The notes under the pieces are model-generated. The model saw nothing but the letters and a program-made list of their open reading frames with translations, had not been told where the DNA came from and did not search any database. Below are positions 1 through 11,193 of a stretch of 64,000 nt of DNA, piece by piece. Location: positions 8,936,721-9,000,720 of the forward strand of contig BDGG01000001.1 in assembly GCA_001949185.1 (NCBI GenBank), given 5' to 3'. The position numbers and the translations under genes were made by a program. Source of the DNA: Ramazzottius varieornatus. Taxonomy: Eukaryota; Animalia; Tardigrada. Numbering within the stretch: the first letter of the stretch is position 1; each line of letters opens with the position of its first letter.

Positions 1-3000
1 GTGGTTGTAGCCGCGTCTGTTGTGGTCGTCACCACGCCCGTTGTGGTCGTCACCGGTGCAGTGCTGGTCGTGGCCGCAGGCGTCGTGGTTGTAGCCGCGT
101 CTGTTGTGGTCGTCACCACGTCCGTTGTGGTCGTCACTGGTGCAGTGCTGGTCGTGGCAGCAGGCGTCGTGGTTGTAGCCGCGTCTGTTGTGGTCGTCAC
201 CACGTCCGTTGTGGTCGTCAACGGTGCAGTGCTGGTCGTGGCAGCAGGCGTTGTGGTTGTGGCCGCGTCTGTTGTGGTCGTCACCGGTGCAGTGCTGGTC
301 GTGGCAGCAGGCGTTGTGGTTGTAGCCGCGTCTGTTGTGGTCGTCACCACGTCCGTTGTGGTCGTCACCGGTGCAGTGCTGGTCGTGGCCGCAGGCGTCG
401 TGGTTGTAGCCGCGTCTGTTGTGGTCGTCACCACGTCCGTTGTGGTCGTCACCGGTGCAGTGCTGGTCGTGGCAGCAGGCGTTGTGGTTGTAGCCGCGTC
501 TGTTGTGGTCGTCACCACGTCCGTTGTGGTCGTCACCGGTGCAGTGCTGGTCGTGGCAGCAGGCGTTGTGGTTGTAGCCGCGTCTGTTGTGGTCGTCACC
601 ACGTCCGTTGTGGTCGTCACCGGTGCAGTGCTGGTCGTGGCAGCAGGCGTTGTGGTTGTGGCCGCGTCTGTTGTGGTCGTCACCACGTCCGTTGTGGTCG
701 TCAACGGTGCAGTGCTGGTCGTGGCAGCATGCGTTGTGGTTGTGGCCGCGTCTGTTGTGGTCGTCACCACGTCCGTTGTGGTCGTCAACGNNNNNNNNNN
801 NNNNNNNNNNNNNNNNNNNNNNNNNNNNNNNNNNNNNNNNTTGTGGTTGTGGCCGCGTCTGTTGTGGTCGTCACCACGTCCGTTGTGGTCGTCAACGGTG
901 CAGTGCTGGTCGTGGCAGCAGGCGTTGTGGTTGTGGCCGCGTCTGTTGTGGTCGTCACCACGTCCGTTGTGGTCGTCAACGGTGCAGTGCTGGTCGTGGC
1001 CGCGTCCGTTGTGGTTGTGGCCGCGTCTGTTGTGGTCGTCACCGGTGCAGTGCTGGTCGTGGCAGCAGGCGTTGTGGTTGTAGCCGCGTCTGTTGTGGTC
1101 GTCACCACGTCCGTTGTGGTCGTCACCGGTGCAGTGCTGGTCGTGGCAGCAGGCGTTGTGGTTGTGCCGCGTCTGTTGTGGTCGTCACCACGTCCGTTGT
1201 GGTCGTCACCGGTGCAGTGCTGGTCGTGGCAGCAGGCGTTGTGGTTGTAGCCGCGTCTGTTGTGGTCGTCACCACGTCCGTTGTGGTCGTCACCGGTGCA
1301 GTGCTGGTCGTGGCAGCAGGCGTTGTGGTTGTGGCCGCGTCTGTTGTGGTCGTCACCACGTCCGTTGTGGTCGTCACCGGTGCAGTGCTGGTCGTGGCAG
1401 CAGGCGTTGTGGTTGTGGCCGCGTCTGTTGTGGTCGTCACCACGTCCGTTGTGGTCGTCAACGGTGCAGTGCTGGTCGTGGCAGCAGGCGTTGTGGTTGT
1501 GGCCGCGTCTGTTGTGGTCGTCACCACGTCCGTTGTGGTCGTCAACGGTGCAGTGCTGGTCGTGGCAGCAGGCGTTGTGGTTGTGGCCGCGTCTGTTGTG
1601 GTCGTCACCACGTCCGTTGTGGTCGTCAACGGTGCAGTGCTGGTCGTGGCAGCAGGCGTTGTGGTTGTGGCCGCGTCTGTTGTGGTCGTCACCACGTCCG
1701 TTGTGGTCGTCAACGGTGCAGTGCTGGTCGTGGCAGCAGGCGTTGTGGTTGTGGCCGCGTCTGTTGTGGTCGTCACCGGTGCAGTGCTGGTCGTGGCAGC
1801 AGGCGTTGTGGTTGTAGCCGCGTCTGTTGTGGTCGTCACCACGTCCGTTGTGGTCGTCACCNNNNNNNNNNNNNNNNNNNNNNNNNNNNNNNNNNNNNNN
1901 NNNNNNNNNNNTAGCCGCGTCTGTTGTGGTCGTCACCGGTGCAGTGCTGGTCGTGGCAGCAGGCGCCGTTGTTGTGGCCGCGTCTGTTGTGGTCGTCACC
2001 ACGTCCGTTGTGGTCGTCACCGGTGCAGTGCTGGTCGTGGCAGCAGGCGTTGTGGTTGTGGCCGCGTCTGTTGTGGTCGTCACCACGTCCGTTGTGGTCG
2101 TCAACGGTGCAGTGCTGGTCGTGGCAGCAGGCGTTGTGGTTGTGGCCGCGTCTGTTGTGGTCGTCACCACGTCCGTTGTGGTCGTCAACGGTGCAGTGCT
2201 GGTCGTGGCAGCAGGCGTTGTGGTTGTGGCCGCGTCTGTTGTGGTCGTCACCACGTCCGTTGTGGTCGTCACCACGTCCGTTGTGGTCGTCAACGGTGCA
2301 GTGCTGGTCGTGGCAGCAGGCGTTGTGGTTGTGGCCGCGTCTGTTGTGGTCGTCAACGGTGCAGTGCTGGTCGTGGCAGCAGGCGTTGTGGTTGTAGCCG
2401 CGTCTGTTGTGGTCGTCACCACGTCCGTTGTGGTCGTCAACGGTGCAGTGCTGGTCGTGGCAGCAGGCGTTGTGGTTGTAGCCGCGTCTGTTGTGGTCGT
2501 CACCGGTGCAGTGCTGGTCGTGGCAGCAGGCGTTGTGGTTGTAGCCGCGTCTGTTGTGGTCGTCACCACGTCCGTTGTGGTCGTCACCGGTGCAGTGCTG
2601 GTCGTGGCAGCAGGCGTCGTGGTTGTAGCCGCGTCTGTTGTGGTCGTCACCACGTCCGTTGTGGTCGTCACCGGTGCAGTGCTGGTCGTGGCAGCAGGCG
2701 TTGTGGTTGTAGCCGCGTCTGTTGTGGTCGTCACCACGTCCGTTGTGGTCGTCACCGGTGCAGTGCTGGTCGTGGCAGCAGGCGTCGTGGTTGTAGCCGC
2801 GTCTGTTGTGGTCGTCACCACGTCCGTTGTGGTCGTCACCGGTGCAGTGCTGGTCGTGGCAGCAGGCGTCGTGGTTGTAGCCGCGTCTGTTGTGGTCGTC
2901 ACCACGTCCGTTGTGGTCGTCACCGGTGCAGTGCTGGTCGTGGCAGCAGGCGTTGTGGTTGTAGCCGCGTCTGTTGTGGTCGTCACCACGTCCGTTGTGG

Positions 3001-5400
3001 TCGTCACCGGTGCAGTGCTGGTCGTGGCAGCAGGCGTTGTGGTTGTAGCCGCGTCTGTTGTGGTCGTCACCACGTCCGTTGTGGTCGTCACCGGTGCAGT
3101 GCTGGTCGTGGCAGCAGGCGTTGTGGTTGTAGCCGCGTCTGTTGTGGTCGTCACCACGTCCGTTGTGGTCGTCACCGGTGCAGTGCTGGTCGTGGCAGCA
3201 GGCGTTGTGGTTGTAGCCGCGTCTGTTGTGGTCGTCACCACGTCCGTTGTGGTCGTCACCGGTGCAGTGCTGGTCGTGGCAGCAGGCGTCGTGGTTGTAG
3301 CCGCGTCTGTTGTGGTCGTCACCACGTCCGTTGTGGTCGTCAACGGTGCAGTGCTGGTCGTGGCAGCAGGCGTTGTGGTGTGGCCGCGTCTGTNNNNNNN
3401 NNNNNNNNNNNNNNNNNNNNNNNNNNNNNNNNNNNNNNNNNNNTAGCCGCGTCTGTTGTGGTCGTCACCACGTCCGTTGTGGTCGTCACCGGTGCAGTGC
3501 TGGTCGTGGCAGCAGGCGTTGTGGTTGTAGCCGCGTCTGTTGTGGTCGTCACCACGTCCGTTGTGGTCGTCACCGGTGCAGTGCTGGTCGTGGCAGCAGG
3601 CGTCGTGGTTGTAGCCGCGTCTGTTGTGGTCGTCACCACGTCCGTTGTGGTCGTCAACGGTGCAGTGCTGGTCGTGGCAGCAGGCGTTGTGGTTGTGGCC
3701 GCGTCTGTTGTGGTCGTCACCGGTGCAGTGCTGGTCGTGGCAGCAGGCGTTGTGGTTGTAGCCGCGTCTGTTGTGGTCGTCACCACGTCCGTTGTGGTCG
3801 TCACCGGTGCAGTGCTGGTCGTGGCAGCAGGCGTTGTGGTTGTAGCCGCGTCTGTTGTGGTCGTCAACGGTGCAGTGCTGGTCGTGGCAGCAGGCGTTGT
3901 GGTTGTAGCCGCGTCTGTTGTGGTCGTCACCACGTCCGTTGTGGTCGTCACCGGTGCAGTGCTGGTCGTGGCAGCAGGCGTCGTGGTTGTAGCCGCGTCT
4001 GTTGTGGTCGTCACCACGTCCGTTGTGGTCGTCACCGGTGCAGTGCTGGTCGTGGCAGCAGGCGTTGTGGTTGTAGCCGCGTCTGTTGTGGTCGTCACCA
4101 CGTCCGTTGTGGTCGTCAACGGTGCAGTGCTGGTCGTGGCAGCAGGCGTTGTGGTTGTAGCCGCGTCTGTTGTGGTCGTCACCGGTGCAGTGCTGGTCGT
4201 GGCAGCAGGCGTTGTGGTTGTAGCCGCGTCTGTTGTGGTCGTCACCACGTCCGTTGTGGTCGTCACCGGTGCAGTGCTGGTCGTGGCAGCAGGCGTTGTG
4301 GTTGTAGCCGCGTCTGTTGTGGTCGTCACCGGTGCAGTGCTGGTCGTGGCAGCAGGCGTTGTGGTTGTAGCCGCGTCTGTTGTGGTCGTCACCACGTCCG
4401 TTGTGGTCGTCACCGGTGCAGTGCTGGTCGTGGCAGCAGGCGTCGTGGTTGTAGCCGCGTCTGTTGTGGTCGTCACCACGTCCGTTGTGGTCGTCACCAG
4501 TGCAGTGCTGGTCGTGGCAGCAGGCGTCGTGGTTGTAGCCGCGTCTGTTGTGGTCGTCACCACGTCCGTTGTGGTCGTCAACGGTGCAGTGCTGGTCGTG
4601 GCAGCAGGCGTTGTGGTTGTAGCCGCGTCTGTTGTGGTCGTCACCACGTCCGTTGTGGTCGTCACCGGTGCAGTGCTGGTCGTGGCAGCAGGCGTTGTGG
4701 TTGTAGCCGCGTCTGTTGTGGTCGTCACCACGTCCGTTGTGGTCGTCAACGGTGCAGTGCTGGTCGTGGCCGCAGGCGTCGTGGTTGCAGCCGCGTCTGT
4801 TGTGGTCGTCACCGGTGCAGTGCTGGTCGTGGCAGCAGGCGTTGTGGTTGTAGCCGCGTCCGTTGTGGTCGTCACCGGTGCAGTGCTGGTCGTGGCAGCA
4901 GGCGTTGTGGTTGTAGCCGCGTCCGTTGTGGTCGTCACCGGTGCTGTGCTGGTCGTGGCAGCAGGCGTTGTGGTCGTAGCCGCGTCTGTTGTGGTCGTCA
5001 CCGGTGCAGTGCTGGTCGTGGCTGCAGGCGTTGTGGTTGTAGCCGCGTCTGTTGTGGTCGTCACCGGTGCAGTGCTGGTCGTGGCTGCAGGCGTTGTGGT
5101 TGTAGCCGCGTCTGTTGTGGTCGTCACCGGTGCAGTGTTTGTCGTGGCTGCAGGCGTTGTGGTTGTAGCCGCGTCTGTTGTGGTCGTCACCGGTGCAGTG
5201 CTGGTCGTGGCAGCAGGCGTTGTGGTTGTAGCCGCGTCTGTTGTGGTCGTCACCGGTGCAGTGCTGGTCGTGGCTGCAGGCGTTGTGGTTGTTGCTGTGT
5301 TCGCTGTTGTCGTTGCTGGGGCTGTGGAGGTTGTAGCGGCCGGTGTGGTCGTCGTAATTGGAGCGGTCGAGGTTGTTGGCGCAAGTGTCGTGACGGCTGC
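1..5400 (-). repeat. Coding tandem repeat (mucin PTS array) of 63- and 84-bp units built from 21-bp modules
   Basis: Units encode VTTTTDAATTTTPAATTSTAP (21 aa) and VTTTTDVVTTTTDAATTTTPAATTSTAP (28 aa). Copies are near-identical. Interrupted by N gaps at 791-840, 1862-1911 and 3394-3443. Confidence 0.95.
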
Positions 5401-8400
5401 GGTGGCTGTAAAATATTGTTCTTCGCGAAAGTTGCGGAATTTATAGTTGCGTTACCCGTTGATTTACTTCGTGGGATATCCTCACATCTGAGTGGATGCC
5501 GTTAGAAATAGGAAATGACACACTATCGCTTTCAAAAGCGTTAAGGGCGGGACACGGTGTCAATGAAAGATGGAACGTTTGCTCTTCGCCTCCTCGACCT
5601 CACTGTTTCCGACCACCCGCGCGAAAACAGCTGATATTTTGACATTGCCAAACCAATCAGCCGTAGTACATTCAGACGTCACGTTTTGATTCTCATAGTG
5701 TGCTTAGTTTCCTTGTTCTACAGTAATAATCCTCACTACTATAAGACGTCACTGGCAGAGTAGTTTAGTAGGGAGTGTGCGGTGAGCTTTAGATTTACCT
5801 CCGGCGACTCAAATTACCGTAGAGAAAACACGGCAAGTTGTCACGTGGTGCTGATGACGTATACGTGTACCAGTCTGCCAGACGCAAGCCACCAACTATC
5901 GGCGTGTAGAACTCGCATCTGTGACGTCTTATAGAAGTGAGGATTATTACTGTATTGGCATCTACTCGTCTGTGCTTCGTATGATGTTGCTTACTTGTGG
6001 GGACGGTGGTTGGCTGAGCTGTGGTTGGTGTTGGTGTTGTGGTGAGAATGCAGCATGTTGGGCTGAGGACTTGCGGTATCCATTTTACACAGGAAGAAGT
6101 TTGAGCTGGTCCGTTCAGAATCTGTATAATGGAATCATGTGTAGCAGGAAAAGCTTGCGGGGCCGTACGATGAGTGAAAGTACTGTGTGAGGATTTTTTA
6201 ACACTTCGTAGGAAAAAGGCAAGCTGATGACATACCGCCAGATTTGCGTTGACTTGTGCGGTACTGGTGTCGTTGAAGGTGAAGAGTGTGGTCGAGCCGT
6301 TGTTGGGGAAGTAGTACATGGTGCCTGCTGTGATATCCGACGGCCACAAGCCTTCGAGGGCGGTACTGATGCCCAGTGGTATGAAGGTGGTGGTCATTGT
6401 GTTGAAACTGTACATGGCGGCCTTGCGTCCACCCGGTGGTCCGCCAAAGAAGAAGACACGGGCCGGAACGTAGGCGGCCATGGCGGCAGTCAGCGGCAGA
6501 GGAATGGTCGAGCCACTGGGGAAGAATGTGGCCAGCGGCCCGGTAGCTACCGGATTGCGTGGTGCCGACCCTTGGTCAAAGCGGTACATCTTGACATTGT
6601 TCGGTGTTGAGGACTGAAAACAGCAGCACAGACATCAACCCACTAAATAAAGACAAGCTCCAGAGTTTGCATAAACAGCCTTACGTCAATTATGAACATT
6701 CGAGAGTTGAGGGGACCAATGGTGAAGGCAGCGATAACCGGCGGTTGCACCGTGGCGAAGACGGAGGTGATCAACACCGGCGATGACACCGCGTTGTTGA
6801 TCTTGCTGTAAAAAGACCACCCCCAAATTTGAGGACAAGTGTCAACAGGATTAGCACTTTGACAAACTTAAGAAGAAGAACAAGTTTACTTGGCTGTGTA
6901 CAAGTAGTGACCGGTAAAGAAGTAGTAGTTGTTGTCCGGAGCCAGATCGATCGAGTCAGGGTTCTTGTTACAGATCATACCTGCAGAGCATTCAGTTGCA
7001 TGTCATAGGAGTTTGTCCTAGGAGAAAGTCTCATTTTGTCAATGTGTCGTACTTGGGACCTGTGGGAGACCGGTGGTGACCGAGTTGACGGCGGTGGTGC
7101 TGGCCACAGTGGTCATGCTGCAGCAAGGGTTGAAGAAGCTGGGCTGCCAGGCTGGGCAGCCTCCACTGCTTGCCGGTCCAAGACTTATCTGTGCCAAGCA
7201 ACAGGTGTCAGAAGGAAGGCGGCTGTATGTATCAATTAGAGGGCAGCTTACCGTCAGCGAGGGGTCGGTGCGCGCAGTCTGGTATCGGGAGAAGGCAAAG
7301 TAGGAGACGCTGGCGTTGGAGGGGTTGTAGAACATGGTGGCAGCCGTCACATCAACGTTCCATGCCGCATGCAAGGCTGTGCTGCTGCCCACGGTGGCAA
7401 AGACACCCGACATGGTGTTATAACTGTACATACCCACTCTCCGTCCACCAGCTGGTCCTCCGATGAAGTAGACTCGAGCCGGCGTGACGGCAGAAAAGAT
7501 GGACATGAGGGGTAAGGGGATGGTCGTGCTGGCCGAGGGGAAGAAGGTCATCATGGGTGTGCTGGTCAGCGGGGCTCGAGGCAGAGTGTCGCCACTAGCC
7601 GCCACCCTGAAGACCTTCAGGTTGTTGCTGCCGTCAGACTACAAAGACAAACATATCATACATACCGCAAAGTCCTTCTGGGTGGTTATACAGGCCAATG
7701 ACCACTTACGTCAACGATGTACATTCGCCCATTGAGAGGACCGGTGGAAAAGGCGGCGATGACCGGTATGACGATGCTTTGAAAGAGGCTTGAGATAGCC
7801 ACAGGAGGGGTCCTGGCATAACTCAGCTTACTGGGAAAAAATGGCTTTTTAGTCAACCCTCCAATTAAGGAAGAGTATCTGTGTCCATACGTACTTGACT
7901 GTGAAGACAGTCGAGCCTTGGAAGAAGTAGTAGTTGTTATCAGGCGCCAAGTCGATGGCATCGAAATTATTGGGGCAGGAACCAGCTGCGGACAAGTCAG
8001 AAGCAAGGTCGTCATGTATTACGGGTGCACTGTCATAGACTGGTAGTGGTACCTGGATCTGTGACCGGGTTGATGGTGGTAGTAGCCAGTGGTGTGGTGG
8101 AGGGCGGAGCGGGAGATGTAAGCGGCAGTTGGCAGCAGCCACTCATGGCTTGCGGCAGCCATGCTGGGCAGCTACTCAGTTGCGACGGAGTGGAGGATGC
8201 CACCAGCTACAATAAGCAGACACACCAGGCTAAGTAACCTCAGTTTGCAACGGAACGAAGGAAGGGCTTTTCGTACCGCCAAGTTTGCTGTGATTTGGGT
8301 GACTCGAGGTGTACTATCGTAGAGGAAGAGGGCGGTGGAAGCGTCCGAGTTGTTGTACCACATGGAAGCGGCTTGGATATTGGTGGCCCATTGTGAAGGA

Positions 8401-9305
8401 CCAACGCTGACATAGGAGAAGGGGTTGGTGGCGCCCGTGTTGTACAGGTAGGTGGCCACCATCGGGTTGGCCGCACCTCCACCAAAGAGCCACAGACGGC
8501 TGGGCGAGGCGGCTGTCAAGGCTGCCGTCAGGGGCACCGGGATATTGGAGCTGGATGGGAACTGTGTAGCCAGGTTGGTCGTTGATGTGGCGACGCGCGG
8601 CAGGGGAGTGGCAGCCGTGTACCTGAAGATCTTGATGTTGCTTGTCGTTGAATCAGACTACGAGGAAAGGTGCGTCAGTTGAAAGATACACGGTCAAGTC
8701 AGCGGGACGTCGGCAGATGACGTCCGTAAGATCGTTGTCCTCTAAGTGGCGCACACTTCCAGCCAATTGCGAAGGAACCGTGCGCCAGTCGAAAATACCG
8801 ATCCTGTTCAGTGCATTTGCCAACGTCCCATCTGTCTTGGTTACATCGATGATGAACTGTCTGGCGGCAAGAGGTCCAATGCTGAAGGCGGCAATAATTG
8901 GCGGAACTAGTCCCGTAAAGTACTGCGAGATGGGCTTCGGTCCCACGACGGCAAAGGTGATTTTGCTGCAACAAGACAAGTTGGCAGTGCCTTCAAACCC
9001 ATTCAAATACTCGACTTTAGAATAGTGCTTACTTGACCGTATAGAGGTATTGGCCGATAAAAAAGTAATACTGATTGTCAGGACCCAAATCCACGGCGTC
9101 GAACGGTGTGCTGCATCCGAAATCTGAAATGATCAACGGGAGGTCAAAAGGTCATCGATGATGGCTAATGGAGAAAAAGAAGAAGTATACCAAAGGGCGG
9201 AGGATATCCGGGAACAACATCTTGGGCATGTGACAGTGCAGCAAGGATACTGAGGGAGGTCAGCGCTGTGGCCTGCACAGTCCACAACTTCCTCCAGGAA
9301 GCCAT
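1..9305 (-). CDS. Secreted triple hemopexin-like domain + Thr-rich mucin protein (multi-exon, 3' end outside window)
   Basis: ATG at 9305 gives MASWRKLWTVQATALTSLSILAALSHAQ (signal peptide). Three repeated domains start C...FDAVDLGPDNQYYFFIG, CPNNFDAIDLAPDNNYYFFQG and CNKNPDSIDLAPDNNYYFFTG and end CPAW..GCC, CPAW..PCC and CVKW..TCC, with matching intron positions. Intron 5994-5406 splices in frame into the TTTTDAATTTTPAATTSTAP repeat exon. Confidence 0.8.
8743..8791. repeat. Intronic 49-bp palindrome (hemopexin-mucin intron)
   Basis: TAAGTGGCGCAC-N25-GTGCGCCAGTCG. Confidence 0.85.
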
Positions 9306-9768
9306 ACTCTGTCAGACGGCGACGCACTTTGTGGAATGCCTCGAAGGGATCGACAAGAACGTGACGAATGAAAAGTAATACAGATGGACTTCTTGCTTTT
9401 CAAGGAAGGAAAGTCGGATGGGTTCAGACTTGCGTGGGCAGGCCAGAAATGATATCCAGCCGTTCGTTTGGTCAACGTCAGGCAGCTGCCGTCAGCTGTA
9501 TGGACCTTTCTTTCCTCAAGTTAAAACCTCGCCAGCACATCTTGCCGGCAAATCACAAGACTTGCTTACCTTAATTGAGCAGCTCCTGCCTTTTAATGAC
9601 AGCCTTCTGCCAAGGCAGCGTTTTCCGCTGGGCTCTCGCCGAATTTTAATCTTGATGACATGGGATACATATGCGTGGTTCCGACGCTGGTCCTTCCATC
9701 GAAGTGACTGCGCACGGGCCAGCGCCCCCTCGACATCGCAGGCCTGACCCGCCGCAGTAAGCAACGCC

Positions 9769-10227
9769 CAGAAAGTTCGCAGCATACTACATTCGTATAC
9801 GTAACAGGCCTGATTATGAAGCAGTGTTTCGGTCGGAATATGGTCGAATACTGGGTGGAAGCAGACTAAAACCATACTTTCTTACCCATTTCTTGGTTTT
9901 TTGCTTGTAAATTCATACTTTCCAGCTTTTTCATAATCAGAACCTGTTACGCATATGGGACGTGGGCGAATAATNNNNNNNNNNNNNNNNNNNNNNNNNN
10001 NNNNNNNNNNNNNNNNNNNNNNNNATTTGCCCACCTCCCATATGCGTAACAGGTTCTGATTATGAAAAAGCTGGAAAGTATGAATTTACAAGCAAAAAAC
10101 CAAGAAATGGGTAAGAAAGTATGGTTTTAGTCTGCTTCCACCCAGTATTCGACCATATTCCGACCGAAACACTGCTTCATAATCAGGCCTGTTACGTATA
10201 CGAATGTAGTATGCTGCGAACTTTCTG
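9769..10227. mobile_element. Foldback/MITE-like long inverted repeat flanking an assembly gap
   Basis: 9769-~9970 is the near-perfect reverse complement of ~10025-10227 (CAGAAAGTTCGCAGCATAC... / ...GTATGCTGCGAACTTTCTG). The centre is a 50-N gap at 9975-10024. No clear TSD. Confidence 0.55.
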
Positions 10228-11193
10228 ACCCTTTTTTCAATAGGGATCGAGTCAAGGAGCTTTGCGCCGGCAAAGCTGTGAAAGGATTTGAGATTAAGCC
10301 TAGGAAGGCCTTCCGGTGGAGAAAGCGGATTTTGCCCTTTGGGCTGTTGGGATGCCGTTGGGGAAGATAGGTTCTATTTTCTCTTGTTTTTATCCTACAA
10401 TAACGGCTAGCGCATGCAGCTGGAAGTTTCACTAGAAAGTGTGGTTCTTGGGAACTGACCCTGACCTTGCAGCCATTTCCAGTTTCGAGTGGCGCGCAGC
10501 GTTGACGCTGCACTATTTAATCAAAAATGAATGCAACTGATGAATGCATGATCAAGTAGAGCTGTCCTATTGTTCTTTCCTATTGTGAGCCACCGTTGCC
10601 ACATGCGCCCGTTGGGTTATCACCAAGTGCGGCGCAGCTCTCGTCCTCACCAACGCACCCAGTATCAGTCTTGCCCCTTGATGTTTTCCTGTAATGAGCA
10701 CTTCTTGCCAGATAGTTTAACCTGGGAAGAAATGCGCCTGTCAGGAAGTCTACGTATGTTAAGAGCTTTCGTCAAACTAAAGCCAGTCTTGTTCCGATAC
10801 GACAGCGGAACTGATTGAAAGCCGGCCGCCCATGTTAAGTCTATGGCTATTAGCAGGACTGAATTCTGCCTTATGCATTAAAATACATTGCATCGGAACA
10901 ACATTAACCAAAGCAGCGTTTCTGTTAGCGAGGGTCAGCGGAAGCCGCCAAAATCCTATCCGGCGTCAGGAGACAAGGATAGCGCAGTACTTTTTGATAA
11001 GATAGCGCTAATCAGCTGTTACACAATGTCAAGGAGGTGTAGTCGCCTTTAGATAAGCCATCATCACTTTCTCAAATTATAATACCAACCTCTCATCAAA
11101 TTAGAAGAAAGTCGGTAAAGCGAGGGACTAGACAGCGCAATACGGGCTGCAACTGTCAAGTTGACCGACAGCTACCTACAGCAATTATTCAGG

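Noticed and set aside
1160-3390. Frameshifts in the mucin array suggesting a pseudogene
   Set aside because: Single-base deletions in a gap-ridden collapsed repeat are more likely assembly errors.
1-5400. Possible CRISPR array or satellite
   Set aside because: There are no unique spacers, the units are in-frame coding repeats, and the context is eukaryotic.
1-5505. Long plus-strand Val-rich and Cys/Arg/Gly-rich ORFs
   Set aside because: These are antisense or alternative frames of the Thr-rich mucin repeat. Only the minus frame splices to a signal-peptide-bearing gene.
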